Positions 1 to 10,119 of a DNA stretch of 64,000 bases are shown here, in pieces. Position 1 is the first letter of the stretch; every line of letters begins with the position of its first letter. The stretch comes from Octopus bimaculoides (taxonomy: Eukaryota). The notes under the pieces are model-generated. The model was not told where the DNA came from and did not search any database. It was given only the letters and a program-made list of their open reading frames with translations. The position numbers were made by a program, and so were the translations under genes. The stretch covers positions 6,949,412 through 7,013,411 of the forward strand of contig NC_068997.1 of assembly GCF_001194135.2 (NCBI RefSeq). The letters run 5' to 3'.

Positions 1-160
1 GTGCAAGTTGATTACATCGACCCCCAGCGCCCAGCTGGTACTTATTTCATCAGCCCCAGAAGGATGAAAGGCAAAGCCAACCTCGGCAGAACTTGAACGG
101 CAGACAAAATACTGCTAAGCATTTCACTCGTCATGCTAAAGACTCAGACAGCTAGCTGCC
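1..160 (-). mobile_element. tRNA-headed SINE, family B, partial copy cut by the window edge
   Basis: Shares the GGTACTTATTT...GGATGAAAGGCAAAG-CAACCTCGGC...AATACTGCTAAGCATTTC core with the copies at 19381-19590, 36613-36750 and 37940-38154. Confidence 0.8.
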
Positions 161-176
161 ATATTGATAATAATAA

Positions 177-449
177 TTATTTTTCAATGTTATTATTATT
201 ATTATGCCCATGGGCATATGGTGTAGTGGTTAAGAGCGCGGGCTATTAACCCCAAGATTCCGATTTCGATTCCAGGCAGTAACCTGAATAATAATAATAA
301 TAATAATAATATCGAAAAATACCTTAGGAATGAGAACCCAGGTTCGAAATTTCCCCAAGACCACCTGATGAAGGCTGGCGGGTATATCAGCCGAAACATG
401 CTAACAACAAACAAGATGAGGACAAATATCCATCAAATGTAAATAATGT
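177..449 (+). mobile_element. tRNA-headed SINE-like element, family D: inverted tail stub, tRNA head, (AAT)n spacer, tail with hammerhead-like motif
   Basis: A-box-like TGGTGTAGTGG and B-box-like TTCGATTCC, then (AAT)n, then a tail nearly identical to 6906-7050. CTGATGA at 365-371, GGCTG/CAGCC stem, GAAAC at 393-397. Confidence 0.8.
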
Positions 450-1561
450 GACTTAGGTTGAAAGACAATGATAATGATAATCCCCAATGATATCATCCTC
501 ACTACAGCCATCTCTAATGTTAACTTCATCAACATTACCCTCCTCACCACTACCACTCTAACACAGCATCGTGCCTTTCTCTGTGTCTTTTGTTCTCCTT
601 CTTTCTGTTTCTTCTCCTCCTGTCACTTGGTTCTATTTGCTGGAAGATTGTTTGTCTCCTCGCTGGAGTCCAGATTAACCCAGTTTGAATTATACATTGT
701 ATAAATTATGCATTGATTTATACCTTGTCTGTCTGGTGTTTATTTTTTATGACTGGTCTGTTATCTGGATATTTAGTTTAGTTATTTATTGTATAGAATA
801 TTGCTTCCATTATTCATATTTGATCTATTATACAATATTTCTATAAATTGTTTTAGCCATATTGCTTACATGGTATGAATGTAAGCAATATGTCTGTAGA
901 AATTGCATTCTTGTGAACAGAAAAACAGGCAACACATTTTTCAGTCCTTGATTGGGATTTTAAGAGCTATGAAATAAAAGATTGTTGGCACATCAGTAAT
1001 TTAATTTATTTTTATACAGAATTCTGTACAATATATAGATACAGGGGACAGTTGCAATACACTGCATCACACAGCATTAAACAGAGCTTGACAGAAAAAC
1101 ATAAGTAAACAACACATCTGTATTTAAACTGAATTCTCTCCCAAAAGAAACAATTAATGATGAAAATAACACTCATAGCACAGCACAATAAACTCCCACA
1201 AATACATGAAATAACTTCATACTAAATCATGAAACCTAAACAAATATAAACTAATGCAATGGGTTATCCGAATATACCATGAAACAATTGCAGTGTATTT
1301 AAACTCGAGATAATTAGGTTGTCCAGTATCTTATCTACAAAGGCCACATTTTTCTTTTTACTTTCTGGAGGGTCAGTTTTGTTTTTTAAAACAACCATTT
1401 CCTAAGTAGTTGTAGATAATATATGTATTTTGGATATTAGGAAAATGATAGTGGTGGTGAGGGTGATGAGGAGGGGGTAGAGGAAGTTGATTTGTTAGCT
1501 CTCAACCCTTTTTTTTTCACTTGCTTTTAGTAATTGTATCTTTTTCTTTCTCTTTCCTCAG

Positions 1562-1755
1562 GTTCCCTATCAGCTTAGAACATAACAAGAAATATCGGGA
1601 AGCCTACATCAAGCTATATGTAAACACAATTGGTACTAATGTCACAAAGGAAGATAACAGCCGTCCATTTGTGACATCAAGCCCTTCAAATGGAGTTAAA
1701 ACGAAATTAGATGGAGGCATTTCTCCCAATCCTGCTGCTCAAAATTATGGCGACA
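1562..1755 (+). CDS. MANBA: beta-mannosidase coding exon (first in window; upstream exons lie outside)
   Basis: Polypyrimidine tract plus CAG acceptor (1559-1561) and donor A|GTAAAT. Encodes FPISLEHNKKYREAYIKLYVNTIGTNVTKEDNSRPFVTSSPSNGVKTKLDGGISPNPAAQNYGD, matching the MANBA D.SRPF.TSSP.NG...NP...GD motif. Confidence 0.95.
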
Positions 1756-2337
1756 GTAAATAACTTTTTGATTATTTTTTTATTTGATTCCATGTATCAA
1801 GTGAGACCATATTTGGCTGATTTGGTAGGTACTGGATAATCAGCTAGAGATGTGGAGTTCAATTCCTGTAATTAGCACTACATTTAACTCTCCAATGGAC
1901 TAGTCCACCTTGCTGGAAAGAGGGACATAAGATTGGATCAAGTTACTACTGTATGAAAAATTGACAAATGTTTTAATTTGCAGTGCTGAATTCAACTCCC
2001 CTTCTGGGTTTTTTCGTTTTTGGTTTGGAGGAAGGAGATGAACCCATGGCTTTCACAGACCCTTTGTGAGGAGTGAGAACAAATTGTTTAATGTCCTTAT
2101 AGAATAGTGCCAATATATACTGAGAAGTATATTTCTTTCGCTCATCTTAAAAATTTTTTATATTCAAATACTTCAGGTCAAAATATTAAATTCTAAAGAC
2201 GATAGCATTGAGGCTATATTTACAAAAATCAGTTTCTTCATAGAAATAAAAATATTTTCATGTCACTGACTGGAATGTGAACCCTTAACTGCTTTGTTAC
2301 ATTTAATGTTAATGTCTTTTTGTTTCTTCTACTTCAG

Positions 2338-2517
2338 TTCACTTCTATGATTATATAAGTGATCTCTGGCTTGATTCCAGTATTCCAATACCACGCTTTG
2401 CATCAGAATATGGTATCCAGTCGTGGTGTTCTTACTCTTCATTGGTGCCTTTGTTAAACCAATCAGCTCTGAAGTATTGGAGTAACTTTACTCTTCACAG
2501 ACAACATCATTTAGCAG
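2338..2517 (+). CDS. MANBA: beta-mannosidase coding exon containing the catalytic nucleophile motif
   Basis: TTCAG acceptor and G|GTAAGA donor. Encodes (I)HFYDYISDLWLDSSIPIPRFASEYGIQSWCSYSSLVPLLNQSALKYWSNFTLHRQHHLA; RFASEYG.QSW is the GH2 beta-mannosidase nucleophile motif. Missed by the ORF track. Confidence 0.95.
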
Positions 2518-3349
2518 GTAAGAACCAGCAATATTCATCTTCTCAGTTTTGTAATTTTCTGTTTAGATGTTTGTTTTCTTCTTACTGCAAAATGTATTCA
2601 GTTTAATTGTAGAATTTTGCCAGAAGGTGGTAAAATGTCTAATATTTTGATAATCTTAACTCTTTCCTCTCCAAATGACTAAACTCTGACCCCTTCAATC
2701 CAGGCCTTATGGATAAAGTGCAAATAGAACTCGGATCTAAGGAAACTGGTGGTGGGCTGTTTTAGCAAAACTGATTTGGCAAGGATCCCATATTTCAACA
2801 AATTTCTCTTTTGAAATGGTAAATTTAACCTGTCTCTCTGTTGTTTGCATTCATTTAATAGATTCTGCTGTTTCTAGCACTGAGTATTCCTTCGTTCTTA
2901 TTTCTCTCCAAATTTGGAAGACCTGAGAAGAGCTATTGATGCTGCTCTACCAAAACTATAGGAGGCTTTGAAAAGAATTGGCGGTGTTGTCCTTTCACTG
3001 CTAAGCTTTAAGAGAAGCTAAAGAATCTTTGTTTTGACAGAAAGTTTTGCTCGACTCATCAGGATTCTTGTCTTCTTGTAACACACAAAAACTTCACTTT
3101 GATCTTAGCCAAAGGTTAAAATCTGAAAATTTTGCAACTTAAATTTATGTAGACTAAGGTTAATTATTTCATGGATTTTTTAAGAAATTTCATTTCCTGA
3201 AATATTATGGGAATGACAAACCAAACTTGCCTTGTCTTTGATGTCAATCTGTCAAAGGTGGTTGTTTCACAAGAGTAATTTTGCTCAATACCCAACACCA
3301 AGAAAACATTTTTAAAAAGAAAAAAATTGTTTATTATGAGCCAAATGTG

Positions 3350-3537
3350 AGAGCCTCCATAGGGTCACTCAAAATGTTAGAAATAGCAGCTAAATATCCT
3401 TAAAATCACACCTTATTGTTTGAAAAGAGAATGGGCATGTTGTATGATGTCTTGAAAAGTAAAAGGAAAAAAATATGGATGGTCCATAGGTTTACTCATT
3501 CAAGGCCAACCTGGGGTTAAGCAACAACAACAACCTT
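3350..3537 (+). repeat. unclassified retroposon fragment with (CAA)n tail
   Basis: TTAGAAATAGCAGC(T/C)AAAT...CCTGGGGTTAAGCAACAACAAC. A reverse-oriented copy lies at about 52841-53020, with fragments near 36530, 45000 and 45880. Confidence 0.6.
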
Positions 3538-4631
3538 AAGCCTACAAAAAAGCCTTCTCTACTTTGTCATTCAACTTGTTAAAAATAGCAACTAAATTCC
3601 CTTTCAGTCACACCTTAGCATCTTGGAAAAGGGAGTGGGGATATTGAATGTCCTCCAAGAACAGCCATAAAGACATGGTGGATCAGAATTGATCTGGAAT
3701 GAAATAACACCACCACCACCAGCAGCAACAACAATGTCTTTACTACTAAAATGACCTACTTCCAGCAGTGAGTTGGAAGTAGGTCATTTTAGTGACCTGT
3801 TAACAACTGGGTGTTTTTGATTAATTGAGAATTGTGTGTTTTGTTCATGGACACAGTTTAATGCTTGTGACATATTCAGAATTATTGATCTCTCTGATAC
3901 ATGTCCAACTTGGTTGGGTGTGGCTCTTTAATATTGACATTTTATTCTTTTACTTTATTTCGCAATTGTCATGTGTCCCACAGTTATGGGACATAAACAG
4001 GATACCATTCTTTTTAAGCAGTATGCATGCACGCATATGATAGGCTTCCACACAATTTCCAGCTACCCATTTCTCTCAGAAAGTGTTGGTTGACCAAAAG
4101 TTATAATAGTTGAAAACATTTACCAAAGGTGCTAGACAGTGGAAGTGAACCCAAGGCTATGTGGTTACTAATTGATCTTCTTACCCAGCAACAGAGTAGT
4201 GCCACAGTTAGGAGAGTGATGGGGGGATTAATGTTAGGAAGATGAGATGTGGGGAATGCTTGATGAGGCAGAATGGATGCAGGGATAGAGTCCAACATGT
4301 ATAAGCATAAACAAAATACTTACAAGATCTCAATTTTGCCATGGGGGGAGATCTTCTTGAGCACAGAAAATTACCTTCTATTATAATTCCATTCACATCT
4401 AGAATACATTCACCCAATATGTAACTGGTATCTTATTTTAACAACTCCAGTAGGAGGAAACACTAACCCTGGTGGATTTGAATTCAGAATGTAAAACGTT
4501 ATTTCGCAAGGCATTTTGTGCAATGCTCTGATGATTTTATCAATTCACCATCTTTTCCATAAAATGAAATAAAACTTTCTTTTATATTCCTTTGCTTTCT
4601 TTGTATTGTCTTTTTTCTTTTTTATTTGCAG

Positions 4632-4735
4632 GACAATTGGAAATGGAAGCAGAAATTTTGCAACACTTTGACCTTCCACCCTCTTCAAAGAAATTCAAGC
4701 ATAAAACATTTCAAGATATTATATACCTTACACAG
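4632..4735 (+). CDS. MANBA: beta-mannosidase coding exon
   Basis: TTGCAG acceptor and CAG|GTATAA donor. Encodes (G)QLEMEAEILQHFDLPPSSKKFKHKTFQDIIYLTQ, matching the H F.LP...F.D.IYLTQ motif. 104 nt with phases consistent with both neighbours. Confidence 0.93.
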
Positions 4736-4790
4736 GTATAATTGTTTTTTTTTTGTTTTTTTTTTAACTGAACACCTTACTTCCAAACAC

Positions 4791-5028
4791 CATCATCGTC
4801 ATCATTTATCATCCATTTTCCATGCTGGCATGGGTTGGATGGTTTGACAGGAGCTGGCATGGCCAAAAGCCATTTCAGGTTCCATTGTTTGTTTTGGTAT
4901 TGTTTCTATTGCTGGATGCCTTTCCTAATGCCAACCACTTCAGTGTACTGGCTGCATTTTATGTGGCACCAGGGCTTTTTACATGGTACCATTACCAATA
5001 GGGTCACCAAGTACCTTGCAAGACAAAA
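4791..5028 (-). mobile_element. RTE LINE 3' UTR fragment, diverged
   Basis: (CAT)n-TTTA.CATCC.TTTTCCATGCTGGCATGGGTTGGA...CTGGATGCC.TTCCTAATGCCAACCACT is the reverse complement of the tail at 18490-18636. Confidence 0.8.
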
Positions 5029-5220
5029 GAATATTATGGTAAACTTATTTATTACACAGAGATGCCATTTTCCAAAAATAAACAGTAATTAAGTTAGTGT
5101 TTATATATTAATGAAGTAAACATTGAATTAGTTTTGGTAATTAGTTCCAGGCTTTGAATTGTCTTCTTTGTATCTTAGAATTCTAAGATGTTATTATTTC
5201 TTCTTGTTTTTCTTTTTGAG

Positions 5221-5365
5221 ATAAACCAAGCGATGTCAATACGATTTGAGACAGAAAGCTATCGTAGACATCAAAGTGAAGTGATCAATGGATTTGGATT
5301 AACTATGGGCGCCCTCTATTGGCAACTAAATGATATTTGGCAAGCTCCAACTTGGTCTTCTATTG
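5221..5365 (+). CDS. MANBA: beta-mannosidase coding exon
   Basis: Encodes INQAMSIRFETESYRRHQSEVINGFGLTMGALYWQLNDIWQAPTWSSI, containing the diagnostic TMGALYWQLNDIWQAP motif. Donor G|GTAAGT; the acceptor is GAG. Confidence 0.97.
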
Positions 5366-5837
5366 GTAAGTTCAAAGGAGGAAGCAAAGCATGTTTGTTT
5401 GTTTTTTTTAATCGGAAAAATTTTTATTTTATTTTCCTTTTTTGGTCAGGATTTTTATTAATCAGGATAATATGAATACTTTAAAATTGGCAGTGGACCA
5501 TCAAAAGAAACAGGATTGCTTTCACATTTCCATGGTTGAAAAATATACAAAATGTGCTCCATGTTTTTACAATAATTATATATTAATACAATAGTACCTA
5601 TCTTCTTTTGTGTCTTGCATCAGAAATTTTATTTCAAACAAAAAACATTCTTATTTATTTATAAAAATGTTTACATGAAAGGAACAGAATTTATTGATTT
5701 AATAAAATAAGTCAATGATAGACAGTGTGTGTGTGTGTGTGTAAAAAATTAATTTTATAATATTAATGATATAAACATCCTAATTTATTTAGCTTCAAAA
5801 GCATATATATACATGTATTTTTTTTTCTCTCTTGCAG

Positions 5838-6115
5838 AATATGATGGAACATGGAAGATGCTTCATTATTATTCTAAAAAGTTCTTTTCCCCTGTTTTGA
5901 TATCACCATATTTTGTTAATGAAAAGATGCTTTATATAAATATTGTTGTGGACAGTATTCCAATCAAAGAACACAGAAGGCCAGATGGTAGCCTAGAAAT
6001 GGTTCCACTCAACATCTCCAAAAATAAGAATTCAGTACTGACTGGCATTTTACATGTGGAGTTATATAATTGGAAGAACCGAACCCCAGTGAAAAGCTGG
6101 ACCCAAAAATATAGT
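5838..6115 (+). CDS. MANBA: beta-mannosidase coding exon
   Basis: TTGCAG acceptor and AGT|GTAAGT donor. Encodes (E)YDGTWKMLHYYSKKFFSPVL...VELYNWKNRTPVKSWTQKYS, matching the EYGG.WKMLHY..F.P motif. Confidence 0.95.
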
Positions 6116-6632
6116 GTAAGTATTTGGATGAGTTTAAGGGGAATATTTATTTTTTTCATATATACTTTGTAACTTGCTGCAACACTCATGATGATTCATT
6201 CAAGGTTAGTATGAAAGATTTCATTCCAGAGTCAAGTCTTTGTTAGAGAAAGAGAGAGAGAGTAGATGCAAAGGATTTTGAGTAGCAGAGAACTGGTTTA
6301 TTATGTGAGTGAAACTGAGATGGAAATGAGGGTTGATAGGTTTATAAAAGACTGAAGCAAAGATGGTCAATAGAATAGAAAGTGCAATGCTTATAAAGTT
6401 GTCAGAAGTGTTCGAAATGGCAGATGTGAATTCTATGGTTGGGTGGAAGGAGACACCATTGCTTTCTTTATTTATATTAATTTGTGAATATATAATTGTA
6501 TTGTTTAAGGCTGGGCATACATATTGATGCAAACATGCATGTATAATTTCTTGTATACTAAAATTAATGGTACATGAAGAAGGTTGCGAAACAGTTGTAA
6601 CCCTATGGAAGTCATGTAGTTAAATAAATATA

Positions 6633-6790
6633 TACATTATTTACATTTGACGGATATTTGTCCTCATCTTGTTTGTTGCTAACGCGTTTTGGCTGATATA
6701 CTCTCTAGCCTTCATCAGGTGTCTTGGGGAAATTTCGAATCCGGGTTCTCATTCCTAAGGTATTTTTCAATGTTATTATCATTATTATTA
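6633..6790 (-). mobile_element. family D tail in inverted orientation, directly abutting the 5' end of a full copy
   Basis: Reverse complement of 6890-7047 with scattered mismatches. Contains TCATCAG (CTGATGA on -) at 6712-6718. Confidence 0.85.
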
Positions 6791-6792
6791 AT

Positions 6793-6871
6793 ACGGCTTA
6801 GTGGTTAAGAGCACGGGCTACTGACCCCAAGATTCCAAGTTTGATTCCAGGCAGTGACCTGAATAATAACG

Positions 6872-6907
<36 letters not shown>

Positions 6908-7075
6908 TTGAAAAATACCTTAGGAATGAGAACCCAGGTTAAAAATTTCCCCAAAACACCTAATGAAGGCTGGAAAGTATATCAGCCGAAACATGTTAAC
7001 AACAAACAAGATGAGGACAAATATCCATCAAATGTAAATAGTGTAAATAATTCCTCATCTCTTAAATATAGAACT
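6793..7075 (+). mobile_element. family D SINE-like element (tRNA head, (AAT)n, tail)
   Basis: TAGTGGTTAAGAGCACGGGCTACTGACCCCAAGATTCCAAGTTTGATTCCAGGCAGTGACC head, (AAT)n at about 6861-6905, and a tail homologous to 310-449. Confidence 0.85.
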
Positions 7076-7388
7076 GAAATAGACATATTTTCAATGCTCA
7101 GACCTCCTGACTTTATGCTTCTATTTATATTTCTATATTTGTTATAAGTCTGAATTTGGTTATATCTCAAAAGGAAGGGCATCCAAACCATGCTAAAGCA
7201 GGTATCAGACCCCTGCACAACCATCTGGCTTGCCTGTTCCTTTTAAACCATCCAACCTCAACCAGCATGGAAAAAGGGATGCCAAATGATGAAGTAATGC
7301 CTGTCAACTGACATCACTTGATTAGCAATGTATGCATGTATCCCCAATGTTGTTTGTTAACCATGCCTCTCTTTTTCTTTGAATATAG

Positions 7389-7571
7389 TTAAACAAAACT
7401 TCAGATGTTGTTCTCAAAATTCCTGGATCAGAGATTGTGGACCACAAGAAATGTTCTCTTAAATCATGTTTCTTGTCTTTCTCCTTGGATTCTGAGGGTT
7501 CTGTGCCAACATCTTGGCTGCCGCTTGGGCGTCTTGTACCTTCAGGAGGAATCCCATTTGCAAAAATAAAG
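7389..7571 (+). CDS. MANBA: beta-mannosidase coding exon
   Basis: TAG acceptor after a pyrimidine tract and AAG|GTATGG donor; 61 codons, phase 0/0. Encodes LNKTSDVVLKIPGSEIVDHKKCSLKSCFLSFSLDSEGSVPTSWLPLGRLVPSGGIPFAKIK; the C....SC..SF.L pattern matches MANBA. Missed by the ORF track. Confidence 0.85.
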
Positions 7572-8639
7572 GTATGGTATTTGAAATGAATATTTGTCAA
7601 TTTTGCATATTTTAAGTCGCTTGACATGCTAGAAATAGCAGCCAAATTGCCCTCAGTCCTAAAAAGCAGGACATATTGGCTGATGCAGTCCTGTGGCTTT
7701 TTACCATTTAATAAGAATTTCAGAAATTTTTTTTTTTTTTTTTTTTTTGTCTTCGGGGTTTAATTCTATTTAACAGAGGGACATGAGAAAAGAGCTTAGA
7801 GATTTATATTTCAAGCTTGTTTATTGTGGTGTTGGCCAAATATTTATCTTAAATTTTTTCATTGGCCAACAAATACAGGATTGCTTTTCAATATCAATTT
7901 TAGAAAATAGAAATTGCTGAAGAAATGGAAATTATTCATTGAGAGAAACATTTTCTTTCAAGACACGTAAGAACAGTAAAATAGTGAGCAGTCTATATGA
8001 TGTTCTTCCTCCACTATTCTGAGTTCGAATCTAGCTAAAGTTGCATTTGTTTTCCACCTTTCTGAGGTCAGTAACCTATCTAATATACTGACAATAGACT
8101 GAATACTCTTTATTTTGCTACCCTCCTATAATATTAGTGTTACACAAATAAAAAAGATACCATGCCTACTGAATTCTTGTACTATCTCTCCAACTATTTC
8201 ACTGATTCGAAAGTGAGTTGGTCAAGAGGATGCCCGTGTCTGCTCACAACTACATGAGTACTTTAAACCATTTTTAAAATACAGTAAATGATACCAAATC
8301 ATCCTCGCATATGAGTGGTGGCTGTAGTTATTATACAAGTAAAAAGCCCCGATTATTTTTGAATCTGTATTCCAATCGTGCTGGAGTCAACTTTGTGTTT
8401 GATCCTCCTCCTCCTCCTCCTGACATTAGCTAAAAATTAAATTTCATGGAATCGATTTGAGTTCACTCTTCCTTTTACAAAACTGGCTTTCTATCTAAGA
8501 AATCATTTACTTGGCTTCAGAGTCAGTAAAAAAACTTACAGCCAGTGCACATAATTGATGAGTGTCTTGGCCCCTCAGCTACTTGTTGGTTACCCTATTG
8601 AATCAACTGTATGTGCAGGGTCCCTACTATCTCAGCCTG

Positions 8640-8794
8640 GGGCTGTGTGGTAAGTAGCTTGCTTACCAACCACATGGTTCCAGGTTCAGTCCCACTGCAT
8701 GGCACCTTGGGCAAGTGTCTTCTACTATTGCCTCAGGCTGACCAAAGCCTTGTGAGTGGATTTGGTAGACGGAAACTGAAAGAAGCCTGTCGTA

Positions 8795-8837
<43 letters not shown>

Positions 8838-9035
8838 ATATGTTTGTCCCCCCCAACTTCGCTTGACAACCGATGTTGGTGTGTTTACATCCCCGTAACA
8901 TAGCGGTTCGGCAAAAAGAGACCGATAGAATAAGTACTAGGCTTACAAAAAATAAGTCCTGGGGTCGATTTGCTCGACTAAAGGTGGTGCCCCAGCATGG
9001 CCACAGTCAAATGACTGAAACCAGTAAAAGAGTAA
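8640..9035 (+). mobile_element. tRNA-headed SINE, family A, near full length, with internal (TA)n(TG)n microsatellite
   Basis: GGCTGTGTGGTAAG A-box-like and GGTTCAGTCC B-box-like motifs, body GGCACCTTGGGCAAGTGTCTTCTACT...GGAAACTGAAAGAAGCC, internal microsatellite, tail CAGTCAAATGACTGAAAC-AGTAAAAGAG. Many other copies in the window. Confidence 0.9.
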
Positions 9036-9295
9036 ACTGAACATTTGGTCAACTCACTGTTTGTTTATTCAATTTCAAGCTGAATCAATATTCTTCCATT
9101 TTCTATCAATCACACAATGAAGTTTGAGCTTGAATGTTACAGAGGAGGAGAAGAAACTCCCAACCATACAAACATATCCAAATTTATAAATTTCCTTCAA
9201 TAATTTCTACCAACTCAGACCACCACCAGTCTTTTTGGATCCTGTCTTTTCATCACACTTTACTTGTTTCTTTAAATTTTGTATTGGTTTCTTCA

Positions 9296-9298
<3 letters not shown>

Positions 9299-9330
<32 letters not shown>
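9299..9330 (+). repeat. (TC)16 microsatellite forming the polypyrimidine tract of the last MANBA acceptor
   Basis: 16 TC units immediately followed by AG at 9331-9332. Confidence 0.9.
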
Positions 9331-9332
<2 letters not shown>

Positions 9333-9578
9333 ATCACCAAAGTGGTTGCTGTAAGTGGCCGAAACAATACCTTCAATATTACACTTCAGAGTTCAGACAT
9401 TGCTCCATTTGTTTGGTTAGAAGCTACTGGAATATCGGGGCGTTTCTCAGACAATGGGTTCCTAATGATAAAGGCAAACAAATCTGTTGAATTCTATGCT
9501 TGGCAAAATGTTCATGTGGATCAGCTGAAGACATCATTAACAGTGAAATCTTTGATGGATGTTTATGAAAAAAGGTAA
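9333..9578 (+). CDS. MANBA: beta-mannosidase terminal coding exon (stop TAA at 9576-9578)
   Basis: Encodes ITKVVAVSGRNNTFNITLQSSDIAPFVWLEATGISGRFSDNGFLMIKANKSVEFYAWQNVHVDQLKTSLTVKSLMDVYEKR*, with the APFVWL...GRFSDNGFLM motif. The seven exons total 1330 nt and splice in frame. AATAAA at 9766 and 9878. Confidence 0.96.
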   Translation: MTKVVAVSGRNNTFNITLQSSDIAPFVWLEATGISGRFSDNGFLMIKANKSVEFYAWQNVHVDQLKTSLTVKSLMDVYEKR

Positions 9579-10119
9579 CTAGAATATATATATAAATGGT
9601 GATAAATTTTTTAATCTACCCACAGACTTCCTTAGTTTTTGGTTTGCTTTAAAGTTTTTACACACACACACACATATACATATATATATATATATATGTG
9701 CATGTGCACACAAATATATATTTTTGTGTTCAACCAGAAACACTTGTGTAAAAAATCTTTTGTTCAATAAAAGAAACAATTAACTTTAAAAAAAATATTC
9801 AAAATTTTATTTTAAAAAATATAGCCGTGTTTGTTCCCTTTTTATGGGTGGGGATTCCTTCATACTTAATGAGTTCCAATAAATTTTAAGTAATTAAAAT
9901 TATACAAGTAGTGAGGATGGGGAGGAGAAAAAAAATCTCATTAGCTAAATGAATATTTCTGGTCAAGAAATTCAGGGGACACAACTCTGAAATGAACTTG
10001 TAAAATAAAATGCAGTGGTGATTGAGAACTTCATTGAAACAGTTGCAATATTTAATTTTACCCATCAAGGTTCCAATCTAAAACCCAACCCATATAAATT
10101 TTATTTTCCATTCTTGCAG

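Noticed and set aside
211-290. tRNA-like sequences at SINE heads (also 6793, 8640, 38100, 38800, 58450)
   Set aside because: No complete cloverleaf or acceptor stem, and each runs into a repeated non-tRNA body, so they are SINE heads rather than tRNA genes.
6221-6532. 103-aa minus-strand ORF in a MANBA intron
   Set aside because: No recognisable domain, and no frame on + fits the missing MANBA segment, which is supplied by exon 7389-7571.
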